Assembly: GCA_963514005.1 (NCBI GenBank)
Contig: OY740814.1
Coordinates: 10,292,001 to 10,356,000, forward strand
DNA length: 64,000 bases
Direction of reading: 5' to 3'
Origin: Raja brachyura
Taxonomy: Eukaryota
Shown: positions 25,372 to 37,578 of the stretch, piece by piece
How positions within the stretch are numbered: position 1 is the first letter of the stretch
Layout: every line of letters begins with the position of its first letter
Translations under genes and position numbers: made by a program
The notes under the pieces: model-generated
Seen by the model: only the letters and a program-made list of their open reading frames with translations
Database searches by the model: none
What the model was told of the DNA's origin: nothing

Positions 25372-28300
25372 TTTGAGCATTCTACATCAATGAATGCTGT
25401 GATTTGGGTTTTGTGTCAGTAGTTAAAGAGCTTTCAATTCCTCAGCCTTCACTGAATTCTCTAGAAATGAGGAGTAAAATAGGCTATGGTTATTTCCAGG
25501 AGAAAGCAATTAAAATTTAGAGGATGATAAACTGTAAAACACATTACACAGGCCCAGAGCAGGTTGCATGTCTTTCTCCATGGGAGGGTTGGTGCTTGTA
25601 ATGAAAATAGTAGGCAGTTTAAAATGCAATAAAGGAAAAATTGATACACGTATCACTATTTGTAGGTTTTCTGCAAGATGTACTTTTAAATACCGTATTT
25701 CCCGGCAATGAAGACGCTTTTTTATCCAAAAATGAGGCACAAAATTTACCTGCGTCTTGGAGGCGGAAGGTTAGGTTGTTAGCCAAGAAAGATCGACTTG
25801 CTATCCCTCAGTACAGCAACATCAAGAACAGGTCTATCCCTCATTGCTGGCAGCTGATGGGAAGCGGCTGTAAAAGGACAGCGCCACGGGGGGGAGGGGG
25901 GGGGGGAGTTACTTTCACAGCGTGTGGGGAGTCTGGCCTGGGTCAGCACGCCCTGGGCTGCACAAATTGGCTGAGCCACCGGGGTAATGTTGCAGGGAGG
26001 GCAGGAACATTGAGAAGGAGGGGGTCGTGCCAGCAACTCACTCACTCACCGCTTCCGCGGCGCTCCGGGCACAGAGCCACAGCATTGTGGCCGGGGAGGG
26101 AAGTAGCTCGGGTGGCAGTGAACCGCTGCCACCTCAGCGCCTTTTGCCGGCATGTCCACCAGCCAGCCACGGTGTCCTTTCCAATTATTGTTAATTGTGT
26201 GCAATAGGACAAAAAGGATACAACTTCTTATCTTGACGGTTGTGTTCATGGAATAGCTCAGCCTTCTCCATGGTAATATTTACTTCCCTTTTTAATATCA
26301 GAATGTCTTTACTTAAGGGTATTTCTTTTGAACCAGATGCAAAGAATGCTTCCAATTTCTTGAAAATAATTATTCCGATGGCAAGTTGAACAACATTGTT
26401 CTTTACCCCTTACATTTTCTGCAAGATCTGATTGCAAAAGAATTGCATCTTCTTACATCTGATCCATTCAATATAGTGTGAAATTTGGTGCGAATTTATT
26501 TGAAGAAGCCAACACAACTTATAACTAATACACACAGTAAGTTGTGCATACTACTCAAGGAAGTAATGCGTGTTTAGTTTGACGGAAATAATTCTGGCCA
26601 AGTGAATTACTTGGATAGTGTCCAACAACGATTGTTTTGGAGCTGCTTTCGTCCAAGTGGAGAGTATTTTATGACACTTGATTTGCACCTTGAAGATGAT
26701 GGAAAGATTTGGGGATATCAAGGTGAGTCACTCATTGCAGGATGTTCTCCCTCTGACCTACTTTTGTAGTTGGTGTTCGAAAGCATTCAGGTTTTAATTT
26801 TCATGCTTTCATTTCCTCTGAGTCAATCTGAAATTTGCTGTTTGATGTAAGTTTTACTTAATTTACTAATTTATGTAATCCTGTCATGAGAACATGATAA
26901 CAATTACAAGGGATTTTCTTAATGTTCAAGAAGGAACTGCAGATGCTGTAAAATCGAAGGTGGACAAAATTCCAGGGATTTTCTTAAAGCCGTTTAATTG
27001 ACAGCCTTGAAAAGGAAGCCTCAGCAATTCTACCTATTTGATTATTTTGCATAGATTGAATTTTTGATCAAACTGATTATCATCAAATCTAACAATCAAT
27101 CTTCATTTGCAACTGTTCATGTTGAAATCATTTTCAATAAGCAGAGAATAAGTTTTATTTATCAAATTCTTGAATCGGCTTAAACACCTTAATTAGGTTA
27201 GCTTCCAAATGGGACTTAATTTATCTGGTAGACACACATTATGTTGCAGCTGCGTGCTGGCTCTCTCTGGTCAGCTTAAAATGCACTGTGTAACTATTTC
27301 TAGTTAACTGTAGCTTTGATTCCTTAATACTGAGGTAGAAACTTTTTTTTAAATAAAAAATAAATAGTGGTATCCAGGTGGGTTAAACTGCAATACTAAT
27401 TCATTTACTCTGCCAATTCTTTCAACCTTGAATGCACTAGTACAGTTTGTAATAGCTTCTGAAGACATTTTTGTCTAGATTTTCTGCACTGGAGTTAAAT
27501 GTACAATGCACTAAGGCAGTCCTAGCCAATAGTATGGAGGCTAAAATTTATTATCGCAGTCTTATTATTACTACACCTGTTTGTGATTTCTCTACATATT
27601 TGCATCTCAATTTCCTGCTGATAATTGAGAAGATGGGGGAACTAGCATATCCCTTTCAGAGAGATGAGGTTTTTCATTACCCCTTTTATTATTTTTACCC
27701 AGGTTACTTCACTGGACTTCTTCCCTACTCCCTTCCTGGTTAACTTCTCTAAGTACTTTTGCGATGTTCTCCCTGATCAACAGTGCAACCACCTTCCCTC
27801 TTTTTCCTCCACTCTGTCACTCTAGAGGCATTGATATCCCAGAACAATAAGTTGCGAATCTTGCCTATCTGTCTATCATGTTTATGTTATAACTAAAATA
27901 TTGCAATCATGTGCCATTCCATGCTCTGTTAATCTGTCTTACCTGTGATACTTTTTGTATTAAAGCAAATACAGTTAGGGAAATCAGACCTTGCTTCCCA
28001 GTCTTGCTCCTGATTGGCCTGCTCAATGGATATGCTAGTTTTAACCTCTACGTTGGCTTCAAATTTCTCATCTGCCACACTACTACTATGGGTTTGTTTT
28101 TCCCCTCTCTGTCAGACTAGTTTAAATCCCTCCAAGTAGCATTTACTGCGGATGCAGTAGATGAGGTTAGAGGAAGTGCAGGTGAACCTCTGTCTCGACC
28201 TGAAGCGTCACCTATGCATGTCCTCCAGAGATGCTGCCAACCTGCTGAGATATTCCAGTACTTTGTGGCCTTTTACATATGGTGAAACGTACTGGTAACA

Positions 28301-28946
28301 TAATTTTGAAAGGTAGATTATGTACTGGAGGAGCAAGTGAAATCAATTAATTACTGTAATTCCATGGCAAAACCAACTAATTCCTAAATGCAAAATTGAT
28401 TTAGCACTTTGTTGTGAAAATAAAAAGTTGATATACTGAATTGCACAATTAGTAGACAGACTGGAATTTAGATGGTTGGATTTCAAAACATTTCAAGCAC
28501 AAAGTAATATACTATCAGCCATTAGAAATTGTTAGCAAGCAAATGGCATGGCAAGCATATTTTAGCTGCAATACAAATCTTTGTATGAAGCAATCTGAAG
28601 AAGGGCCACAACCCGAAATGTCGCCCATGTTCTTCAGAAATGCTGCTGACCCATTGAGTGTAGCACTTTGTGTCATTTTTGGTAAACCAGCATCGGCAGT
28701 TCCTTATGTCTCCATACTAACACTCCCACATTACAAGTGAAATACTGTACATTAATTTGCGCATATACTAAATCCTTCAAAGCAAAATACCCTTCCATTT
28801 ATTCACTCAACAAGTGCTTAAATTTATTAAAACAAACCTGGAATGCCATGACAACATAAGCATTGAGACCATTTATCTAACTGGTTTTGGCTTGTTGTGA
28901 ATTGGTCATGTTGAAGGCAGAGATAAAAATATGTACATTGCTTAGC

Positions 28947-29240
28947 AGGCAGCACAGTGGCGCATTAGTAGAGTTGCAACCTTACAGTACCAGACCCAAG
29001 TTCGATCCTGACTATGGGTGTTGACTGTATGGAGTTTGTAAGTTGTTTCTGTGACCAGGTGGGTTTTCTCCGATGCTCCGATTTCCTCCCACATTCCAAA
29101 GACCTACAGGTTTGTAGGTTAATTGGACCTGTAAATTGCCCCTATTGTGTAGAATAGGTGGAAATACAGAACTGAGGCTAAAATGAAATTGGCCATAATC
29201 ATGTTGATTGGTATAGCAGATTGGGGAAGGCGAGTGGTCT
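28947..29240 (+). mobile_element. tRNA-derived V-SINE (HE1-like)
   Basis: A-box-like cacagtggcgca, B-box-like gttcgatcc, then V-domain-like gtatggagtttgta...gggttttctcc...cctcccacattccaaagac. Confidence 0.8.
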
Positions 29241-29578
29241 ACTGTTATTACAAAAAGGAGGACAATTGGCTGCTCAAGCCTCCTCTGTCACAGTAAAATT
29301 ATGGCAAAATCAATCTTGGTTTCAATACTGCTTCCCTACTCTCACGTACACCTTGATCTCTTATTTGTGTGTGATGTTAATGACATCATCAAGATCTTTC
29401 AACTGACAACAGACTTAAAATGAGCTGTTTTTTAGCTTGTAATTCTAAACCAATTGGAGTCTGGTTCACCTTTTGGCTTTTTCACTAATGCATCAATATG
29501 AAAATTGCTATTGCTTTTTAATCCTTTTTTTGTTGTATTATTACTTTTGTATTTCAAACTTTATTTCATCTCTTTCAG

Positions 29579-29798
29579 CATTGACAAGATAACCAAGGTA
29601 GCTTCTCCCGTGCTGGTAATTCATGGTACTGAGGATGAAGTGATTGATTTTTCCCATGGTCTTACAATGTACGAGCAATGCCCAAGAGCAGTTGAACCCC
29701 TCTGGGTCGAGGGAGCTGGCCACAATGACATTGAGCTTTATGCGCAGTACCTTGAAAGATTGAAACAGTTCATTAGTCATGAACTGCCTATTTCTTGA
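29579..29798 (+). CDS. ABHD17C: ABHD17C coding exon 3 (catalytic Asp and His, stop)
   Basis: Acceptor tctttcag|C. Encodes [55 protein letters not shown]. Total CDS 461+180+220 = 861 nt, 286 aa. Confidence 0.97.
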
Positions 29799-31290
29799 AG
29801 ACTCTGTGGATGTTGCCGAGGCAAATGTGAATAGATGAACTGCTTTGATTTGCACATGGTCAAACTGGACTACTGTGGCTTCTGAGGACACAAGAAGCTA
29901 TCATTTTTCAGGCTGATTCATTTGAGAAACAGCACAAAATCTGTCATTTTTATACCAGGAAAAATCCATATGATTTATGTATCTTGCACATGAAATAATG
30001 TTCACCTACTGTAATTTTAAATATTTTCTGATTGTTATTAACGTTTAGTATTTCCTGAATTACAAATTATTGTTTAACTGTCTGGGGATGTAAGCTGTTC
30101 AGCATCCTGGCAACAATTATCCTGAATTTCTAGGAGTAGAAATCTCTCTTTGGTCACTTAATAAATGTATGAGTATGGTGTACTCAGCACATTCAATTCC
30201 TTTTATATTGGATGCTTGATTGAGCTGCCAATACTGAGTTTAGTCGTAATGACCAAAGATTATTCTCAACCCTTTATTTTTTTGCAACTAGTTTATAAAC
30301 TGGAAATTACTTGTACAATGTAACATAACATGACAGAGTATGCGATCGTGAATAAGTAGCTAAAACAGCCTTTCATTGAAAGATGATTAAACCAATGTGA
30401 TTAATTAATCTGAATGTTTATTACCTTCTAGATATTTATAGTATTGTCCCAAAGTATTGTATTTGTAAAACTCAATGAAATTGGAAGGAAACTCCATTTC
30501 ATCACTAATGTTCTTTAAAGTGATCACGGTTCCAACATTTATGGAAGCGCTTTCCATATTAAAATTGTTAAACAATACCTCATACTTCCCTAATGGTGCA
30601 AAACATGGTACATGGCTGCATACTTTTTCACATGTGTAAAGTTATGAACTAATTGACAGTTCTTGTGTATTGCATTTCAGGAAAGGAGTTCCAAAAATAA
30701 GTGTTGTGTCTTCATCTTAAATAGTATTGCTTCTTCTGTGATATCTTTCAAGATTATAGGAACTTTTCAGTTGCAAGTATTGAATTGATGTGATAACTGT
30801 CTAATAGCTTTATCCTGTGAGATGTTTCATTTGTGGATGTAAATGCTTTTATACCCTGAATTATTTACACATTCAACTTTAAAAAATGTACAGCCATTTA
30901 GTTTCAAAAATTTACATATCAATTATCAACATGGGAACAGATGGAAAGACCAGAAATTTGAGGTTGGTTTTGACTTTGGGATTGTATTGAAATATCCAGA
31001 AATAATGCAAGACAATGCTAAACAAACTGATCAAAGCCTTAAATGTAATGAGAACCACTGTATATTTGATTTCGATACTAATTGTTGTAAGTTATGCATA
31101 AGCAACAAATTGTCACAATGGAATGAAAGATGCATGAAATGTAGGGAAAAAAATTAAAGTCAACATTGTGTAAAGCAAGAAACACCAAGAAACCAATTTC
31201 AGCCTATTTTTGGTGTAATCAGTTGAAAAAAAAATTCAAAATATGGATTAAACATAGGAAATATTGTGCATAATAAACCTATTGACGACA
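29799..31290 (+). other. ABHD17C: Probable ABHD17C 3' UTR with candidate poly(A) signals
   Basis: Repeat-free AT-rich stretch after the stop. AATAAA at ~30159 and ~31272, plus ATTAAA variants. The true end is unknown. Confidence 0.5.
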
Positions 31291-31334
31291 TCTATTTTTT
31301 CCAATTATTTTGTCCTATTAGGTTTATAGTAGAA

Positions 31335-33300
31335 AACTTAAAAAGGAGATTGGCCGGCAGGATCAAAGAGAATCCCAAATTATTTTACAAGTATATTAGA
31401 GGCAAGAGGATAGCCAGAAAAATAATAGGTTGCTTCAAGGACGAAAAAGTTTCTTTGGAAATGGATAAAACAGAGTGGAAATGAGATTTGAGTGGGATCC
31501 TAAGTAGGTACTTCTCATTGATATTCAACAGGGAGAAGCATATGGAGGATAGATAGTTAGGGGAGCCATACATTGATTTTCTGTAACAGGAAAGAGAAAC
31601 CTTTCGAGATAGTACCACACATTAAAGTGCGTAAATCCTGAAGCCTGAAAGGATCTATCCAGGGACTCTTAAGAGTTTTGCCACAAGTGAGATAAAAGAA
31701 GACTGGATTGGAAAGGTTTAAACAATATTGCCTGGAATGGAAGGCTTTAGTTGCAAGGAGCGACTGGATAGACTGTGTTTATTCTCATGAGAACACAGGA
31801 AGCTGAAGGATGGTTGTATAGAGGTTAATAAAATGATTAGATTAAGTGCAGACCTATTGGGTCTGCTCCCCCACCGGTGTGCGTTGGGGAGCTGATGAAG
31901 CTATTTTTGAAATGAGGCCCTCCCCCTGACGTCACTGGAAGCTGGTGGGATATTCTGTTTCACTGTATCGTTGTTGGGGGGGCATTGTGACGTCACTGGA
32001 AGCTGGTGTTTTGGGCTTTTTTTGGAAACTTTAATCATGAATAACCCATTGAGGGGGCAGGGATTGTGAATAACCCAAGGGGGGGGTGTGACTAACCCGG
32101 GGAGGGGAGGGTGATGCATGGGTAGGGTAGAGTCCTTTTCCCAGGATGAACAAGTCTAAAACTAAAAGCATAGCTGAGGGGAGGAATTTAAAGGAAAATT
32201 GAATAGCTAGCTTTTTCCATACAGAAGGTGTGATTATACAGAATGAGCTGCCAGGGAAAGTGGTAGATGGAGATACAATAAGAATGTTTACAAATCATTT
32301 GGACAAAGTACCTGGATAGGACAATAATAGAGGGACACATGCCTTAAACGGACAAATGGGATTAGCATTTATAGGCAATAGTTGTGGCATGGATGGGATG
32401 GGCCATTGGTCCTGTTTCTGAGCTATACAACTGCACGACTCGATGACGCCACCATTCATTATGTAAACCCTACCCTACCCAAAGTTGATCACCTGCCACT
32501 TATCTAGAGTAAATTTCATCTGTCATTATTTTGCCATTTTTCCAGCTGAGCAATATAATTCTACAATGTAGGACTCCAACCCCCCCACTCCCCTCACAAT
32601 CAACAGTACTACTGAGTGTTTTGTCATCTGGAAACATCTTGCATATCTAAGCTATTAATGTATATAATGATCACCACGTTCTAGCCTTTTTACAAAATAC
32701 CTCCATCATCACCTTCTCCCTCCTAATCACCAAGCTAATTTTGGAGTCTGAAGAAGGGTCTCGACCCGAAACGTCGCCTATCTCCTTCGCTCCTTAGATG
32801 CTGCTGCACCCGCTGAGTTTCTCCAGCCTTTTGTGTAACCCTCGATTCTCCAGCATCTGCAGTTCCTTCTTTAACACATTAATAATTTTGGATCCCTTGG
32901 TCTCTAACCTTCTGGACTAGTCTTTTTTACTGTAGTCATGTGGACCACATCAACAGCATTGGCCTCAATGCATTTTGTCACTTTGGAAAATTCAGTCAAG
33001 TTGGTCAGGCTGAGTCCTCCCGCAACAAAACCATGCTGATTGTTAATAATTCTTGCTTTTTGAACTAGAGATTAATCTTGTCCCACAGAATTTTTCCCAA
33101 TAACATTCTTGCTCGTGACATTGGACACTCAGTCCCATAATTATATGGTTTATCACTGCTACCCATCTTGAATAAGGATACCACATTTGCTGTCCTCCAG
33201 TCATCTAGTGCTGGAGGACAGAAAATGTGTCCAGGGCCCCAGCAATCTCCTCCCTTGCCTTCCATAACAGCCTTGAATACTTCTTATGAATCCCTGAGGA
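31335..33300. mobile_element. Cluster of degraded CR1-like fragments (+ 31.3-32.4 kb; - 32.5-33.3 kb) with nested insertions
   Basis: IKENPKLFYKYIRGKR on +, DDWRTANVVSLFK on -. An unrelated GC-rich insert lies at ~31840-32120. Confidence 0.75.
32746..32882 (+). mobile_element. Young Penelope-derived short element beginning at a hammerhead-like motif, 10-bp TSD
   Basis: TAATTTTGGA at 32736-32745 and 32883-32892. Starts GTCTGAAGAAGGGTCTCGACCCGAAACGTC. Nearly identical to the 12.8-kb copy. Confidence 0.85.
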
Positions 33301-34299
33301 TTTATACCACCTCAACACCTCGTCTCTCTGTTAATATTAACATGTTCTAGAATTTTGCTGAGCCGTTCTCTCCCTGGGTTCACCAACCAGATAAGACGCA
33401 GCTAGAATACAAATCAACATCCTGAATTTGAATTAGTATTATGTCTATTTGTAATAAGCACACATGGAAACACTGGTCGGGATTGAGATGTTCAGGTAAT
33501 TCTTTCATTAGCGAAGGCTTTACTGCTGTAAATGACAGAATAATTTTAAAAAACAAATTTGTTTTGTAATTATCCCCTGCTCATTAAATTTTAATGCATT
33601 AATAATTCTATCTGAATTTGTGTCACATCTTATATTTACAGTACATGTCAATAATATTGAACGAACAGTATCTGTACCACCTATCTGGTTCTGGTATCAA
33701 TACTGAAACGTCATGATAAGGTGAGTCCCATATTCCAATAAAAAATCACTCGTTATCTGTTTTATTTGTGTGTGTGTGTGGCCTGTGTACCAGCAGGTCA
33801 CATTGTCATACATTACAACTCAAACGTTGATAAAATACTTTGTTTTCTACTTGGAATTATAATTGTTCCAAATAATGAATGCAATAGCCAGAAAGGCAAT
33901 TGACCAAATTATTAGTCACATGGCGGCAGGTATCACAAATACCTCAAGAAAAACTGTCAACTCAAAATAATTGGTGAAAGGTCTTGACCTGAAACATTAA
34001 CTGTTACTCTTTCCATAGGTGCAGTTCGACCTCTGTTGAGTGTTTCAGCCTTTTCTGTTTCGATTTCAGACTTCCAGCAGCTGCAGTTTTGTATTAATTT
34101 CCAACTAATTCACTTACTAGAAAATGATTACACTTTTTAATGGATTTTTTTTAACAGTGATTTGTCTAACAATAATGTCCTTTAATACAATGTTACTGTA
34201 GTGAATGGGACCAACCTCTTTCTCGATATTATTGATTTTTTTAAATAATCAAGTGACTACAAATATCCGAACTGTAATTCCTGGGTCTTTGTCCCTCGG

Positions 34300-34700
34300 T
34301 ACAGGATTTTACCGGCATTGGTTTGCACTCGATGCGATGAGCAAGGCTGTGGAAACGAGGCTGCGATGCGCAGCCTGAACTATTAGGAGCCGGCGACTGC
34401 AGCTCGGTTCCCTGCACATCGACACCGAGTTACCGGCTCGGCTTTGGAGGCGGGTACACCGCATGTGGCCGTGCTTATTTCTCGCTTCAGGTTGGGGATG
34501 CGCTTGAGATCCCAGTGCTTGGCTCGCTGTCCCGAACGTTTCGCTGCCAGGTGATGTCACATGCCACGTGGATTTTGTTTTGGCTCCAGCTGCAATCAAC
34601 GACAACAAAAGCGGAGGAAAGAAAGGTATCAGTTTGACCGGGCGAAAAGCCGAGATTGGTGCTAGGGACCATGCCGCGGTAAAATACAAATATTTCATCT
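34300..34700 (+). promoter_or_regulatory. Small CpG-rich island, candidate promoter of the intergenic transcription unit
   Basis: CpG-dense, not recognisably a repeat. GGAGGCGGG (~34446), TGATGTCA (34552), E-box CACGTG (34565), reverse CCAAT (34655). A consensus donor AAG|GTAAGT lies downstream at 35344/35345. Confidence 0.55.
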
Positions 34701-35747
34701 ACTATTTCTGAGTTTCCAAAGTTTCACATTGTGTGTGTGTTTCCCCATACACTGAAAACCCAAATCATTTTAAATGGAAAGGAACACTGGATTTACGATA
34801 ATCTAACTTTAAATATATTTGCTTCGAGAAAAAAAATGAATGAAATAATCAACTTTGAACCTTGCTTTTATTTCCATGTATTTAAATAATGTAATTAGAA
34901 CTGCACGTTGTTCTTTTACTTAAACGATGAGAAATCCTTCCATCTTTAGTTGAAGTGACCTTTTTCTGCCGTCCTCTCACTTCTGTTGACTGACAGTCCA
35001 ACAACTCCCACCCTTAATCGGCAGTCTCCAGTACTGTGCAACATTACTGGAAACAGTAGAATTCTGCCAGGCAGGTCCTAGTGCGTGGTGGTTTACACAA
35101 ATAATAAATAGACGTTTGTTTCTATTGAAGAGTAAACTTGATGTCAATTATGTTTGTCTGGCCCTAATTTGAAAAGTTCAGACACGGCTAGCCAGCTTGA
35201 AGTTCGCTGCTTGGGATGTTATAAAATTACTTTAACGGAGTATTTGGCAGGAGAATGAGAAGACGACTGAGAGAATAGTTTATCTTCAGTTTTTGGATGC
35301 AAACACATTAAGAGTAACTGCCGTAGGGAATTTATTGGACCAAGGTAAGTTAGATTTGTAGGTGTTGGAAATTGGTGGTTTGACATCTGATAATTAACTA
35401 TGTACAGTGCGGTGGAAAAAAACGAATGTGGTACTTTTGAAGAGCAGAGAGCTTTTCAGATGTAAATGATATTTTGCAACTGCGAAAACTGGAGTTAAAA
35501 TCAGATATAAAAAATATCTATTCATTTTTAACCAAAAGTGGGATTGGCTCAATTAGTGAGGTTTGGAAAGAGATTCAAAGATTCAATTTTAAATGAATTA
35601 GTGCTTGAAAGGCATTCTTTTTTGTGCTGTTAAGTTGTTTCATTTCACTAATTATGGCTTTTATTCCATGGAATATTGCAAAAAATTTGCATATTTAGAT
35701 TTTTGATTTAAGATAAGAAACTGACGTTAATTAAAAAGAGCAGCGTC

Positions 35748-36100
35748 CATAGAGTAATACAGTGGAAACAGACCCTTCAGCCCAACTTGCCCACACCAGC
35801 CAACAATGTCCCAGCTACCCTAATCCCACTTGCCTGCACTTGATTCATACCCCTCCAAACCTGTCCTATCCATGTACATGTCCAACTGTTTCTTAAACAA
35901 TGGGATAGCCCCTGCCTCAACTACCTCCACCCTCTGTGTGAAAAAGTTACCCCTCAGATTCCTATTAAATCTTTTTCCCCTTCACCTTGAACCTATGTTC
36001 TCTGGTCCTCGATTCCTCTACTCTGGGTAAAAGACTCTGTGCATATACCCAATCTATTCCTCTCATGATTTTGTATACCTCTATAAGATCTCCCCTCCTA
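35748..36100 (-). mobile_element. CR1-like 3' end
   Basis: RRGDLIEVYKIMRGID..SRTREHRFKVKG on the minus strand, plus tail. Confidence 0.85.
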
Positions 36101-36474
36101 ACATCCTCATAACAATCAAATGTGCTTGAATGTTGCGTGAAGATGTTGATGACCATTCAAGGAACACAAATTTCCTAGGCGTTCATAGTTTTAGTCACAT
36201 CATTGCTGTGAATTTAGTTTGTCACCTTGCGTCCAACAAGTAACAGCTAATGGAGTTCCACAGGTCAGAAATACATATATTTATTCAGGAAGTAATTTGG
36301 AAGAAAACATACAAATCTTTCAACCTAGCCCTTTTTCTTGCTACCCACTTCTAACTTGATAGTTACTCACAATTTCTATGGACGGTAGGTTAAATGTAAA
36401 TGTTTATCTAATGACTGGGTTATGCAGCAGTTCGGGTGGTATCTGAGGAGACAGAAATTTCAGGCCAAAGGACA

Positions 36475-36785
36475 AGAACAATGGTGCAGCTGGAAGCGCT
36501 GCTGCCTCGCATCACCAGGGACCCGGGTTCAATCCTGACCTTGGGTACTGTCTGTGTGGAGTTTGCATGTTCTCCCTGTGACTGTGTGGGTTTCCTCCAG
36601 GTACTCCCATTTCATGTTGCATCCCAAAGGCGTGTGGGTATGTAGGTTAATTGACCTCTATAAATTTCCCTAGTGTGCAGAGTGGATGGGAAAGTGGGAT
36701 AACATAGAACTAGTGTGAACGAGTAATCAGTGGTTGGCATGGACACGGCCGAAGGGCCTGTTTCCATGCTATAACTCTAAACTAA
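36475..36785 (+). mobile_element. tRNA-derived V-SINE (HE1-like) with CR1-like tail
   Basis: ggtgcagc..gggttcaatcctgacc..gtgtggagtttgcatgttctccctgtgac.. ending ggccgaagggcctgtttccatgct. Confidence 0.85.
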
Positions 36786-37232
36786 ATAATGAACACAAAC
36801 AACTTCAATTTTAAGCAAATACAAGACTTGTAGAAAATGAACAGGAAGAGTGATGAATGGGATGGTAATTTAAGAAGACGTATGTAAACAAAAGGTTTAG
36901 ATTCAAGAAATTAAAATAATCTGATGGCAAGGAAGAGGCTTATGAAGCTTTAAATGTGATAATGGAAAGGCTGATATATTCCATGTATAGATGTTATCCA
37001 AAGGCAGTAATCACTTCTCCCATGTCCTTTCATCCGCCAATACCATCACCACACCCAGTGGCTATCCCGCAATCATCCTTAAGACAAGGTTACAGGGTTA
37101 CAGTGATCATCAAGGACACAAGGAACGACAGATGTTGATTTACAATAATAATTTGATGATTACTGATTGGTTTCACAGTAGTGGGTTATATGATGTTAAT
37201 TTTGACTTTTTATTGTCATTTTCAGATTCAAA

Positions 37233-37578
37233 ATGAAAACAGATGAAACCCCCAAGTTCCAATCTTCCCTCAAAGACAATTGCGACAACTGCATAGCTAA
37301 GAAGTTTTCGCAAAGTACAATACCTCAGTCCCTTCATTTATGGCCTCATCAAAAGCAGTTGCTGTTTCAAAATGTCTCGCCTGCATTGGAAGCTGCTCCC
37401 AGGCTTCTCATGCCTGAGGATCATACACTAAAGAAAAGGAGGAGAGTGTTTTCTAGCCCAGAGATAGCAAGAGAATTTGCACTTCACCTGCTGTATTTTG
37501 CAGTTTTTGCTGTAGCTGTACTGGGTTTACTTCACTGGCATGGCATGATACAGCTATTCCAAGAAGAAAGTTGCAAAG
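37233..37578 (+). CDS. Putative first coding exon of a type II membrane protein (orphan gene, or N-terminal anchor of the CEMIP2-like gene)
   Basis: Acceptor tgtcattttcag| at 37225/37226, ATG 7 nt later (AAAATG), 115 open codons. KKRRR precedes hydrophobic FALHLLYFAVFAVAVLGLLHW. Strong donor AAG|GTAAGC, phase 1. Confidence 0.7.

Noticed and set aside
28947-29020. tRNA-like A/B boxes
   Set aside because: SINE head without a cloverleaf, continuing into a V-domain. Not a tRNA gene. The same applies at 36.5, 48.3 and 59.0 kb.
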